Below, in pieces: positions 22,401 to 34,964 of a stretch of DNA of 64,000 nucleotides. Source of the stretch: Camelus ferus. Taxonomy: Eukaryota. The notes under the pieces were generated by a model that saw only the letters and a program-made list of their open reading frames with translations, did no database searches and was not told the DNA's origin. Position 1 is the first letter of the stretch; each line of letters begins with the position of its first letter. The position numbers and the translations under genes are program-made. The stretch spans positions 66,030,001-66,094,000 of the forward strand of contig NC_045705.1 of assembly GCF_009834535.1 (NCBI RefSeq), given 5' to 3'.

Positions 22401-22726
22401 ACCTGGGTCTCTAGGTTCTTATCAAGTGTCTTGGAGCATAGGGCGGTGGGGGGAGGGTGCTGAGGGGAGGTTAGTAAGCCACAAGCAGCCCTAACTGTTC
22501 AGGGCCACGGTTCCCCAACTTGGGCCAAGACCCTTCCCTTATCATCAGTATGAGGCTTCCTTAAATGCTAGCTGTTATTGCTGAGGACAGGGATGTGGAG
22601 AGGGGACAGAAGGTGTGGAAAGAGCAGCAGGATGGCAGCAGATGGGACATCAAGAACCTGTCTCCTCTGCAGGCCAGCACCCTGCTTCTCCGGAACACCC
22701 TTGTCATCCTCAAGGGGGAGCCTTAG
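13350..22726 (+). CDS. SNX32: Sorting nexin 32 (PX-BAR, SNX5/6 family), 13 exons, 403 aa
   Basis: Exons 13350-13385, 18805-18909, 19303-19413, 19553-19674, 19865-19988, 20150-20254, 20447-20552, 20716-20791, 21013-21052, 21821-21907, 22029-22188, 22264-22349, 22673-22726. All GT-AG, 1212 nt total. Motifs [60 protein letters not shown] at 22972-22977. Confidence 0.97.
13468..13495. repeat. (GT)n microsatellite in SNX32 intron 1
   Basis: Perfect GT run about 80 bp downstream of the exon 1 donor. A second GT-rich run lies at ~14087-14113. Confidence 0.95.
15352..15473 (+). mobile_element. tRNA-derived SINE (camelid-type) nested in L1
   Basis: GGCGGGGAAGTTATAGATCAGTGGTAGAGTG...GGATTCAATCCCCAGTACCTCC plus A tail. 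15-bp TSD AGAATGTGA(C/T)CTCTG at 15337-15351 and 15474-15488. Confidence 0.9.
16370..16494 (+). mobile_element. 5'-truncated L1MA/MB 3' end nested in the older L1
   Basis: GATGGTTGCATAACATTGTGAATTTACTTAAT...GGTTAAAATGGTAAATTTTATGTTATGTATA. 13-bp TSD AAACCCATCAAGA at 16357-16369 and 16495-16507. Confidence 0.85.
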
Positions 22727-24652
22727 AGCCTGCTCTGGGATCTTTAGGGACAAAAGTCCCCCAGACTCCCCACCCCAGGAGCCACTAGTCATGCCCCATG
22801 ACCTCTCAGGGGAAGCCCCACCCCACCCCAAGGTGCCAGGCCCTGTAAGAGAACAGGGCCACTTGGGCACTGTGTTTGGCCACAGGTAAGCAGAGCCACA
22901 AACCTCCCTCCCTAGGGGCTGAGGGGCAGCCTCCACCCACCTCTGGCCCATTTGTTTCCAGCCTGTTCACAAATAAAAAGCCTGGATTTGTAGCAAGGAG
23001 GCCTGCTTGTCCTCACTTCCTGTGGCTCCAGGGCCACCAGGTACATCCTCTACCAGGGCACCATGGTAGAAACCCCATCTTGGGGGTGCACTACAGCTCT
23101 GTCTTCAGCCATTTTCCAGTGTCAGAGACTCTCTACAGGAAGGTAGAAGACCTAGCACTTGGAACCTGGGAGCAGTCTTCAAGGTGTGCAACCACCCCCA
23201 TAAACCCTGGCACAGACCACACATAAACCTCAACGCCCATTTTCTGATGGAACTACCCCCATCCTGCCTCCCTCCCAGAGATACTGGCAAGCTCCCAAGA
23301 ACTAAGGAACCAGCTCTAACTCCAGGCTTTCTTAGTTGACTGGGAGGAGAGGTATAAACCCTGTATTACTACCCCTAGGGCAAAGATGCCTTTATCTGCT
23401 AGGCAGGTGAAAGCCCAAAGTACAGGCTGGAAAGAGCCCTCAGCGATGCTGGCAAAAGGCTTGGGGCTCCAGCCAACACCCTCTTGGTTACACACGGCAA
23501 GGTGGGGCCCAAGACACCTGGGTCTGAAGTCCTGGGCTCCACCTGGCTAGCCCCACCCTGGACTCCAGCCACATCTGCAGAAGGCCAAAGGCTCAACCTG
23601 CTTCTGACTCACTGTAGCCACTGGACTCATCCCTCATAAATGAGTCAGCCATCCAGCAAAGAACGCAGAGAAAAGACCAGAGAATATCGGAAGGTGGAGA
23701 AAAAGAGGCAACTAGTAACTTGCAGTCTCACAGCCCACATCTGGGCAAAGCTGAGCAGGTAATCGGAGAATGGGCCTCACTATACTGGTGCCCACCTTGA
23801 TCAAAGCAACAGAAGAAAGCAGCTCAGGCATTAAGCCCTTCTGTTCAAGGAACCCCTGCAGCCAGTGGCAAACACTCCCTGGCTCAGCTACCTCCTAAAC
23901 AGCCAGTCTGGCACCGACTTTGGCACCAGAATACAAACAGTGGAAACTATCAAAAGGGAGGCTCAGTCACTGGGGCCAAGTGAATCTGTGGGGGCTGGAT
24001 GGAGGTAGGGTACAGAGAAGACATGCTGCTCATTCTCCCAGCCACCACTGCCCCCCACCCCACCAAGGTCCCTTGGGTCCCAACCTTGAAACAAACATCC
24101 CATTAGTGAGCCATTTTATTGTTGTGTGTTTTTCTTTTTCTTTTTTTAATTGAAGGTCCCTTACTGGTCCTGCTTCCATGAGTGGCTGTGACCAGGGGAA
24201 AAGGGGAGGGGAATCAGGCGGCGTGGGGAGGGGTCATCTCCACAACATTCCATTTATACACAGAACTAAACAGACAAGCACAGAGTCACTATTGCGGTTA
24301 GAAATTGGCAGCATGGGAAAGGAGAGGAACAAGTGGGGAATTGGGCTGTCGTTAAAAAAAATACAGGCCCCCCCAAACAGGGGTGCCTGGGGGGAACTTG
24401 GTCTGCATCAACCCAAGAGGAATCAGAAGAATCAAAAGCGGTTTGGGAAGGCCAGAACCTTCAGGGGTGGAGGAAGGAGGAGGAGGAAGGTCCAGGGGGT
24501 GAGGGGGCTGTTTGGCAACTGGGGTGAAGGGACTGTCCTCCCCCTGCTGGGATCCCCCCAGCCCCTCTGGTCTGGCAGGAAGGGGGCAGCTTGTAACCCC
24601 CGTGGGCAGGTCTGGGGCTGCCAGATGCTCCAGGCAGGGGGTTGGAGGGGGC

Positions 24653-27556
24653 TCACAAAGGCTTGCCCTCCAGGGAGATGACGGCGCTGCCCCCCAGCTT
24701 CTCAGCTAGGGTGCAGCGGTCCTTGACCTCCTCATAGCAGTTTGCTTGTAATTCATGCTTGATCCCTGTGGAGAAGAAGGAAGAGCATCTGTAAGGAGGA
24801 GGCACTGGGCTGGGGGTGGGAGGTGTGGCTGGGAAGGAGCCAGTCAGAACAGATGGAAGGGACTAGGCTCTCCTCCAGCAGGCACGGGAGAGGAGAGGGA
24901 GGGATCTTCTTTATCATGCTATGCACTCCAGCCTGCAGCCAACGCCTGAGCAGAAAGGAGGGGCACCACCAATGCTGGCCCTTACCTGTCAGCTTCTTCT
25001 TGATGGCATCCTTGGAGCTGGCATAGATCATTTTGCTCTTGAGGGGTGCACACTCAGGGGCCCTAGAGGGAAAGAGTGAGACAACTGGCAGCAAAGCCCA
25101 CTCCTCCAAGTCTAGCAAGTGCCCTCAAGTGTACATGACTTCCAGAAGCCCCTGAAATGGCCCTTAGCACTCAAGCTTTTATCAAGTTCCTCATTGACAA
25201 GAGTTCTGTTACAATGTCCTCCCCAAATGCACACCTTTGGGTTAACCAGGAGCCACAGACCTTCCTGTCCTGAGAAGGGGGTGTGGGACAGAGCTACGGC
25301 AGGTGACAGGAGAAGGTGCCTACAAGAGGAGCTTACCAGAAGATAAACACCAGGTCTTCCTTCTTGCTCTCCTTGGTCTCATAGGTGGCGTCGTAGAGGG
25401 CGTAGCGACAGTCCTTGTCTGGCAGCATCTTGACAAAGGTGGCATAGGGGTCGTCTACAGTCTGGCCCACATCACCTACCAGGATCTCCTTGCCCTCCTC
25501 CAAGATGATGTTCTTCTTGTCCTCACTCAGGCAGAAGAGCACGGCCTTCTTGCGCTTCTTCACCTCCTCTGGTGTCGACGACTTACGCACCTTCATGTCA
25601 TTGAACACCTTGATGACGCCATCAGAGACAGCCACACCGGAGGCCTAGAGGGCGAGCCATATGTACCTCATAAGGAAAAGGTTTCTGGGACTTGCCCTGA
25701 TGTTCATCCTTTGCTTTCTTAGAAGTTCTGTCTGGATGCTAACAAGGATAATCCCCAGCCCCAAGAGATCATTAATCCCCTTCCAAGACTGTCACTATTT
25801 CCCCACCCAAGTCACTGTCAAAGGACCAGATGTGACACAACCCCAGAATAGCACAGACAAGATCTTTGATCTCATAATTCAACATCATTCCTCCCCACCC
25901 CAACATCCTGCAGCCTAGAAATTGAAGGCCTCTGAGAAACAGAGCCTTGGCCAAGATGTGAGTCCAGAACTAAAAAAAACAAAAAAACAAACAAACAAAA
26001 ACCCAGACTCCTGGCGCGTTTCCTACTCACAGAATTCAGTATCAGCTTCTGCATAAAGTGCTGAATCAGAACTTCAGATAATAGAAGAGAACCCAGACAC
26101 CCAGATCACAATCACCTCTAGGAGAGAACCAGGACCCCACAACCCTAGATGGGACACCAACGGTGCTCAACAGTTCCAGCAAGGCCATCAGAACCATTTA
26201 GTGCTGTTATTACAGAAAGTATCCTCTCCTCTACTGGGATCTTTCTGAACCAAAGCAGGAACCACAAACCTCTAATTAAGGCACTACCTGACAACTCCCC
26301 GTTCACAGGGAAAAATGCAGGACCCAAACGTGGCTGATACAAGTTAGCAGTCGAAATTCAAGGGCCCACAGTCCTTGAGGGCTCTTTAAACTTATATTGT
26401 GGGTCGTGTTGGAGGACACCCTAGCCAGGAGTGAAATCTGCCCCCGCTCCCGGAACTGCAGAGGAAGCCGGCCACGTGATCGAGCCGCTTCCGGAGTAGG
26501 CGGGGAAAGGAGACCGGCTATACTCAGGGCCTCCCCGAGAAAAACCCGTACCCAGAGGCAGCAGCACCTCCAAGGCCTCAACCCCAAGGAATCACCTTTA
26601 GGGACCAACTTATCACTCCCCTCTGCTGCGGGCCCGGACAAGTTACACAATCTTCGGCTCTTGCAGCCGTCAAGCCGAACACAGGGGGCGGGGTGGTTTC
26701 CGGGCGGTGTCCGCCTGGGTCACTTCCCTAAACTCGGCTCCACCCTCAGGCCCCATCCGGGAAAGCCGACGGCTCCGCTTGTCCAGGGCTTGGGGCCCAG
26801 CAGCCAGGCCTGAGCTTGTGCGCACGCGCCGGCCGACAGCGCCGTTCCAGCCTTTCCCGGGTGTACTCGGCGGAGAACCCAACTCGCCTTATCCGCTCGC
26901 TCGCTCCCGAGTACGGCCGTGGTCTCTGCGGTGTCCACTCGGTGCTGGACGGTGCAAGCCCCTAATCCCAGACGCCTGCGCTCGAACCCAAACACCCCCG
27001 CATCCCCGCTAGCCGCCGCCCCCGCCCTTCGCGGGCATCCCTGCCACCTGCTCTCGAGACAGACCCGTCTGCGAGGGAGGGTGACGCGGAGACAGGAACA
27101 GCCCTTGGGTGGGGCGCGCGCGCCGAGACCGCTCGCGCGCTTTTCCTTCGCCGCCCCCGGGCCAAGTTAGGATGCCGCGTGCTCCCGTCGAGCGCGCGCC
27201 CTCGTGAACTGACTCGCTTCGACCCCGCCGCGGCGCGCGCCACCGGCTGCTCCGCCAAGGGCGGGCGCGCGCGTACCCTGGACCCCTCCCCCACGGCCGG
27301 TGTCCGCGCGAGCGCCACGGTGGGGGAAGGGAAGGGAGTCCAGGGGGCGCGCGAGCGACGTCCGAGCCAGCCCTCACCGGCGCCCGCGGGGGCGCACGCG
27401 CGTCCCGGCGCCGCCCGCCCCTTAGCACGAGACCCTCATCTCGCCCGGGGAGCTGGGGGAGGGGGTGCCGACGTCGCTCTCCTGTTCCCTCCCGCGCGCG
27501 CAGACGATCGACTGGCAGCCGCCTCCCCTCCGGCGCCGTGGCCTGCCGCTCACCAT
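24653..27556 (-). CDS. CFL1: Cofilin-1 (non-muscle), 166 aa
   Basis: Exons 27554-27556 (ATG only), 25337-25644, 24986-25062, 24653-24765; 501 nt total. [25 protein letters not shown]...[47 protein letters not shown]...EGKPL. Poly(A) signal at 24115-24120 on the minus strand. Confidence 0.99.
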
Positions 27557-28000
27557 GTTTCCGGAAACGAAAAGGAGATAGCAAGGCGAGCCAAAAAGAC
27601 AAGAGCCGCTGCAGCTGCTGCCGGGATCCGACTGAACGCGGCCTCTCCCGGCCCCTTCCGTTTAGTATGAGCCGCACAATGAGGGGCGGGGCTGGCTTCC
27701 GGCGCTCCCCGCGCGGGCCGACGGGAAATGAAGTCCAAGCGTCCTGCGCTGTCCTCGGGCTCGCTGGGTAACAGAGTCATCCTCGTTAGACAGCCTCCCA
27801 GCACCACGTTGCCTATTGGGACATGTAGTCCGAGAGAGCCGAGAGGGGCGGGCCTATGGTACGGAGAGCGCGCCCGTTGGTCGAATTTCCCAGGAAACGC
27901 TCTGGACTGAACGAAACCCCGGCATTGGGTAATGTGACCAGAAAATAAACCCCGACTTCGCGGCTCTTTACCCCGTAGCGGAACGGTTTTCCTAAGATCC
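26400..28000. promoter_or_regulatory. CFL1 CpG island (intron 1 and promoter)
   Basis: Very GC/CpG-rich. GC boxes, reverse CCAAT (ATTGG ~27815), and an Ets-like CCGGAA just 5' of the ATG. Confidence 0.85.
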
Positions 28001-28913
28001 ATCTTGGCACTTTCTAGATCCCTGGGTCTGAAAATTTTCAGTGAGCTAGTATTTTGCTTTTCTGAATTGAAGCAGATATTCATTGGCCTGGAATCCAGTC
28101 CTAGAGCAAGGAGAATCCCAAGTATAAGGAGCCTTCAATTCAATAAACATTCATTAAGCATCCTCCATGTGCAAAGCTACTCTTGTCCACTGAGAAAAGG
28201 CTGTATGCAACTTCAATAAAATAAGAGTAAATAAAAAAAAACACAAGGAAAAAGCTACAGGGAAGTCTTTGTACTTGTTTAAAGGTGTCTGGCAAATTCA
28301 CGAGGGCAGGAGTTCGTGCATTCAATTCAAGGATCATGTGCCTTTTTACTAGACAATGAAAAAAGAAAACATATTAAACCAGACTTAAATCTCGCTCTCG
28401 AGTTGATAACCAGCATATGGTTAATTTAATACCTGCAGAAATTGAGATATAACCTTCAAGAAAAGAAACTGGGTGGGGGACTCCGGGAAGATTTCGCTGG
28501 CCTAGAACGAAGACTATGTCTTCTTACTCTGCAGGAAAAGACGACAGGGTCGCAAACGAGAACTGGGGGCCCTGATCCTGAACGCGGAATAAAGAGTGTA
28601 AATGAATAACTGGAAGCCTGGTCTTTACGACCCGGGGAGCGACGCCCGAGAGTGGGATACGTCGCAGAGCATGCTGGGGGTTGTAGTCGGGGACATCCCG
28701 CTGCATTGCCCACCACCAAACTCCCCGGGGCCCCTGGTGGGGGCCGCAGCTCGACCGTCGCCTCCCGCAGACGACCCATCCCCTAGAAGAGACGGGCTAC
28801 ACCTTTTTTGAGCTTCGGAGTTTCCAAGAGCAACGAGGAGGGGGAGTTGAGACTTCGCAGTTACCCTGGAGACGCGCTCCCGCCCGCCCCTAGCTGCGGG
28901 ATGCCCTAGATGT

Positions 28914-29118
28914 CCTTATTAGGACATGAGACTAGAGGGGGCGGGGCCAGCCCGAAAGCCCGCTGGAGGCTCCTTATAAGGCAGCGTCGGGCGGGAGTGC
29001 GGAGCTGACTGGGGGGTGCGGGATCGAAGCCGGGTGGAATCTGGCGGGGCGGGCCTGGAGCTACCGCGCCCGCCTCCGCTCCTGTAAGGCCCCAGACCTG
29101 CACCTCGCCACTTCCGGT
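28914..29118. promoter_or_regulatory. Two CArG (SRF) boxes plus an Ets site between CFL1 and MUS81
   Basis: CCTTATTAGG at 28914-28923, CCTTATAAGG at 28972-28981, CACTTCCGGT at 29109-29118. GC boxes interspersed. Confidence 0.7.
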
Positions 29119-30059
29119 ATAGCAACTTGGGGCTGTTCTAACTTGCTGGTGAGACTCTCATGCTTAACTGGGACCCCTTTGCATTGTTCCCATTTTTACC
29201 GCCCTGAGGGTTCCCCACTTCCAACGAATCCCCGAAACAACGAAGTGTTCCCCCTTTGCCCGGGCTTCTCACCCCCAGGCTGCTACCCTGAATCCAACAA
29301 CGTGCCCATTTCAGCCCCTTCCACATGCCGCTATGCCTAGCACCTCCTACTTGCCCCCCTTCTACTTGTCCTCTGTCCCCCTTTCCCCAGTCTCCAAGCT
29401 TTGGTCTTTCCTGCGTGTCCCCGACTTCGCGACACTCCTCCACCACCTGGATGGGGGAGGCCCAGCTCGGCATCACCATTTCCTCGGAGGGTCCTTCAGC
29501 TTCTCACGCATTACCTTTGTGCCCTCGTCCCCTGTACCTAATTCCTAATGTCTGTCCTGGAAATATACCTGCACCCATTTACTCCCCCACCTCTCGGGCT
29601 CTACACAAGCCCAGTCAGTCCAGCGTTCTCGGCTAGAGTGAGACTGAAACTGACAGCCTCAGGTTACTCGGTTAAGTCCCGCCCCGGCCGGACCTCCCAG
29701 CCATAGGGAGGCGCTGTCCTCCCTCTCGCCTGCACAAAGAGGACCCCGCTCTCAAATCTGGGGTGGGAGGAAGGGGCGGATTAAGGCCTGGGTGGGGCGC
29801 ATCCAAAAGGTTGGTTCTGGCTGGGAGCGGCGAGAGGGCGAAAGGCCGGGAGACGGCAATAGGCCCCAACCACTTAGAGTAGTAGAGGGGCGGGGAGGGC
29901 AAAAGAAGACAGCCCTCCGGTTAGTGTCCCGCGCAGGACCACGTGATTAGAGAGGTCCCGCCCTCCTCCGCCGGAACCAGGTGTTCGAATCCCGAGTGCA
30001 GAACTGGCGGCGTCCCCATCCTGCCGGCGTGAGGCGCCCGAGGACCTGCCCTGGTGCTC

Positions 30060-33000
30060 ATGGCAGCGCCCGTCCGCCTGGGCCGGAAACGCCCGCTGCC
30101 AGTTTGCCCCAACCCGCTCTTCGTACGCTGGCTCACCGAGTGGCGGGACGAAGCAGCCAGCAGGGGGCGTCGCACGCAATTCGTGTTTCAGAAGGTAGGT
30201 TCTGGCTAGGCCTGATAAGGGACAGGTGCTGGCCGGGCTAGAGAACCAGGCCCACCTTGACCCGGTACTGTATCCCCTACCCACGCCAGGCGCTGCGCTC
30301 CCTCCGGCGGTACCCACTGCCCCTGCGCAGCGGCAAGGAAGCTAAGATCCTACAGCACTTCGGAGACGGGCTCTGCCGAATGCTGGACCAGCGGCTGCAG
30401 CAGCACCAAGCATCAGGTGGTAAGCCCTGGGAGCAGGGGTCGGTGGTGCCCTGGACCTCTCAGTTGCAGCCTCCGTAACCATATGGGATACCTTGGCTCC
30501 AGGCTCCCCACTCGTGTCCAAGCTGCTGTTTGACGTTGGGCTGATGGCTGATTCTTTCAGAGCCTCACTGCTCTCACAAACCACATGAATTGGCAGCATC
30601 CTACCTGGATTCCAGGGTCTGGAGTTGACTCTTTTCTGCTCCCACAGGTGACCATGCTCCAGGTTCATCTGGAGCGAACAGTCCAGCCCCGGAAAGGCTA
30701 CCTGCTGAAGTTCAGGACTCGTCCATGCCAGTGAGGAGGGGGCAAGGGAGTGGAGGGGAAAGCAAGAGTACCAGGAGTAAGATTTTCTGGCTTGAGGGAC
30801 TTAGCAGGGCAGGGTCCAGATCTCCCCACCAGTGATGCCTGGCCTTGGGCAAATGAATTCTATCTGATGCTTAGTTTTTTCATCTGTAGGTGTGGTGATT
30901 GACTTATAGTAGTGTCAGCTGAGAGAGTTCCGTGATCAAGTTATTCACAGGGCTAAACCCAGTAAATTGGAGAATATGCTGTCATTGAGTTTTCTTGCCT
31001 TACCCGTTCTGTCCTGCAGCGGGTGGTAGAACTGAGGCTGGGCTGGGCAGATTACACCCCCCACCCACTACGCCCTGAAGCTGTCCACTGGCTCATCTCA
31101 ACTTTGCAGGAAATCATTCCATCACGTGGCCCATTTTACAGATAAAGAAACTTGAGTGACAGCTGAGCGACTTGCCCAGGGCCACATAGCTACCTAAGAT
31201 AGAACCTGGACTTCAGCTCTGCCAGGAATTCAGTCTGTGACAGCTGGTTGGCTTTTGTGTTCAAAGCTTCCCCCGCCCCCGTACCTTTCAGGTTCCAGCC
31301 CAACTCAAAGCAGGAGGCTCTGGCAGCTACTGGCCAGCTCGGCACTCGGGGGCACGAGCAGTGCTGCTGCTGCTGTACCGGGAACAGCTGGTGAGCGCCT
31401 GGCTCCACCCGGAGTAGGGGGACTGAGGCAGTAGGGCATGAGGCTCCTGGAGGAGGCTGGCTCAGGCACTGAACCTACCTAGGTTACGTTTCTGCCTTGG
31501 TTCCAGAATCCCAGTGGCCCTGGCTTCCTAACCAAGGAGGAGCTGCTGCAGAGGTGTGCCCAGAACGCTCCCAGGGTGAGCACTGACGTGGGGAAGGACA
31601 GAACCAAGGGGCTCTGGATCTGACCCTGAGCCCACTGGAGGCTGCCGTTCTTGGGAGCAAGCCTTGGCATGGGACATATGGTAGCGCCAGGCACTCTCCA
31701 AGGGTCTTCTCCCCTCTGAACAGGTGGCCCCTGGCAGTGCTCGGCCTTGGCCAGCCCTCCGCTCCCTCCTCCACAGGAACCTGGTCCTCAGGACACACCG
31801 GCCAGCCAGGTGGGGCTGACTACATGGGATGCAGGAGGCAGGGAGGGGAGTATGCATGACATGCTTAGCGTGGCCCTGTGGTCTGAGAGGCACTTGCTGC
31901 AGACCCGGGCAAGTCCAGAAGAAGCTGCTGTGAAGGGCAAGAACATGGCTGGTGGGAGGAGGGTTTGGGAACCACTGGACTTGTTTGTGCAGGGTCGCCA
32001 AGGCTAATGAGGCCAGCGTAGCTGGGGGTAGGTAGGAGAGCCTGCCAAGTATGAGTGAAGAAGGAAGATCTGTGTTCTCTGTCTCCACCTTCCAGATATT
32101 CACTGACCCCAGGGGGTCTGGATCTGGCCCAGAAGCTGGCTGAGTCAGAGGGGCTGAGCTTGCTGAGTGTGGGCATAGGGCCAGAGGAGCCCCCCAGGGA
32201 GGAGTCCAAAGTGCCAGGAGCAGCCTCAGCTGAGCTGTAAGGAGGAGGGAGAAAGAGGGTAAACAGGAGAAGGAGGGGTCTCCTACAGCTGAGCTGTGGC
32301 TGCCCCCCTCCTATGGGTTGGGGGAAAGATGGCCCTGGCACAAGAGTTCTGGCCTCACACACACCCATCCCCTTCCCTACTCCTCTGTAGTGGCGCCAAT
32401 GAGGGGAGCGTCCAGCAGCCACCCTTGGAGCTGGGGCCTGGAGAGTACAGGGTGCTGTTGTGTGTGGATGTTGGCGAGACCAAGGGGTGAGTGAGGTGGG
32501 AGGAAGTGAGGGAGAGAACATGGGGGGCAGCCCTGGTCTACCCTGACTTGTGCCTCCCACCTTGGGACTCCAGGGCGGGGCACAGGCCAGAGCTGCTCCG
32601 AGAGCTGCAGCGGCTGCATGTGACCCACATGGTGCGCAAGCTGCATGTTGGGGACTTTGTGTGGGTGGCACAAGAGACCAGTCCCAGAGACCCAGGTAAG
32701 GAGCACGGAGAGGCAGGTGGCTGTCAGGGGCAGGGCCTGGTGGGTGGGGGGATGTGAGCCAACAGGACCCATCTTGGTCTCGGCAGCACGACCTGGAGAG
32801 CTAGTCCTGGACCACATTGTGGAGCGAAAGCGGCTAGACGACCTGTGTAGCAGCATCATCGACGGCCGCTTCCGGGAGCAGAAGGTTCTTCACTGGCCTC
32901 CCTGCACTCCCTGCCCCCTGCCTGCCCAGGGGCACGTCTGGGTGGCCCCAAGGCAGAGTCCCCACAACCCCAGCCACAACCCCTCTAGAGCTGCTCCAGG

Positions 33001-34964
33001 GCAGCCCTGAGATCAGACCTCCTTAGGCCCCACCAGGTGCGCAGGTGTGCAGGGTGTCTAGGCTGGGCTGTGGGGCATATTAAAGGTCTCTAGGGAGTCA
33101 AGCCCCTGCCGCCTGGGGAGCAAGGCTCACACCTCCACCTCCAGTGGTTGTATCTTGGTGCTGGCTGCTGAGCTGATCCCACTGACCCCACCGTCAGGCC
33201 ACGAATAGGCCAAGGGAGGCTTGAAGAATGGGCATCGTTCAGGGCTTTCCGTGCAAAAGTAATCCGGTGAGCAAAGGCATGGATGCTGCTCTGAGGCAGG
33301 TAGAGACTGGGAAGGTTGAGGAGGTGAACTGGTGGTACCAGGGTCTCACGGCAGTTTTGAGGGTGACATGACGGACACCTATCTTACGGGCATCCAGGCC
33401 TGACCCTGCCCTCCCTCCACGTCTGCCTCCCCAGTTTCGGCTGAAGCGCTGCGGCCTGGGGCACAGGGTATACCTCGTGGAGGAGCACGGCTCAGTGCAT
33501 AACCTCAGCCTTCCTGAGAGCACGCTGCTGCAGGCTGTCACCAACACTCAGGTGAGCCCGGAGGGCAGGGCCAGGCGGCAAGGGCCCTGTGGTATGTGAC
33601 TCCAATCAGGAGTCTCTCTCTCTTGGGCCGTCTTCCCCAGGTCATCGATGGCTTCTTTGTGAAGCGCACAGCAGACATTAAAGAGTCAGCTGCCTACCTC
33701 GCCCTCTTGACAAGGGCCCTGCAGAGACTCTGTCAGGTGAGCAGGTGCCTCTGTCCAGCACTGGCCCCTACTTGCTTGTGCTCCCTCAAGGAAGGTGAGG
33801 TGAGGGAGATCTCCGTTTCTAAGGCTGGCCCACTGAGGCCCAGGATTGGGCAAGGACTGCCTAGGGGTTGTCCCCTACAGCTCTGGCCTGGCCTCAGTTC
33901 CCTCTTCCCTCAGGGCCACACCCTCCGCAGCCGCCCCTGGGGAACCCCAGGGGATCCTGAATCAAGGACTGGGCCTTTCCCTAACCCTCTCTGCTCACTC
34001 CTCACCTTTGAAGACTTCAATGCAGGAGCCATCAAGAACAAGGTACTGCCTCTGCCCAGTTCCTCCTTGTGAGTCTGGCCTTGGACCACTCCTGACATGG
34101 TCCTCCCCTGACCCCAGGCCCAGTCTGTACGAGAGGTGTTTGCCAGGCAGCTGATGCAGGTGCGCGGAGTGAGTGGAGAAAAGGCAGCAGCCCTGGTGGA
34201 TCGGTACAGTACCCCTGCCAGGTAGGCCCCCGAAGAGCCCCTGTCCTCTGCCCCTGCCCTCCCTGCATGGAGTTTAATTCAAGCAATGCTTTGTGGAGTG
34301 ATCTGGCTCTGTGAGGGCTGGGCCGACCCAGCTGACACCTAGAGAATTCATTGGAGGTCAGGTGGTGAGGAAGACAGAGCCAGCCAGGAACAGTCAGAGT
34401 CTCAGGTGTTGGGAGGTGGGAGGGGACATTCTACTTGGTACAGCAGAGAGGCCTTCCTGGAGGAGGAGGCTTGGCCATGAAGACTAGGCCAAGAAGAGCC
34501 ATACTTGGGAAACATTTGCAGGAGCATGACAGGAGGGGGAGCAGGATGGAGCAGGGCCTTGAATGCCAGCTTCAGGAAGTGTGGCAGTGGTCCTGACTCC
34601 TCTAATCCATGCTGACCCCTTCCTGCCTGTCTCCCGTGATGCTGGCCCAAGCCTCTCAGGATGGGCCAGCAGTCAGCCATTGTCAAGATGTAGAAACTCA
34701 AACTCCTCACCCCATCTCCAGCCTTCTAGCCGCCTATGATGCCTGTGCCACCCCTAAAGAACAGGAAATGCTACTGAGCACCATCAAGTGTGGGCCACTG
34801 CAGAGGTGAGGGTGACAGACAGACCTGGAGGGAGTGGCTAGGGCTGGGGTTATCATCGCCCAGGGCCTGACCCTTACCTGCCTCTCTATTTGTGCAGGAA
34901 TCTGGGGCCCGCTCTAAGCAGGACCTTGTCACAGCTCTACTGCAGCTATGGCCCCCTGACCTGA
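30060..34964 (+). CDS. MUS81: Crossover junction endonuclease MUS81 (ERCC4/XPF family), 16 exons, 551 aa
   Basis: Exons 30060-30194, 30290-30419, 30648-30730, 31292-31390, 31507-31575, 31724-31809, 32096-32236, 32391-32486, 32574-32695, 32787-32884, 33435-33551, 33641-33736, 33914-34042, 34118-34221, 34722-34805, 34898-34964; 1656 nt total. Start [14 protein letters not shown], nuclease motif VERKRLDDL, HhH region [19 protein letters not shown] at 35039-35044. Confidence 0.97.

Noticed and set aside
27009-27677. 222-aa ORF overlapping the CFL1 start, plus other long ORFs in this CpG island
   Set aside because: Non-ATG start, out of frame with CFL1. Long Arg/Pro/Gly/Ala ORFs are expected by chance in GC-rich islands.
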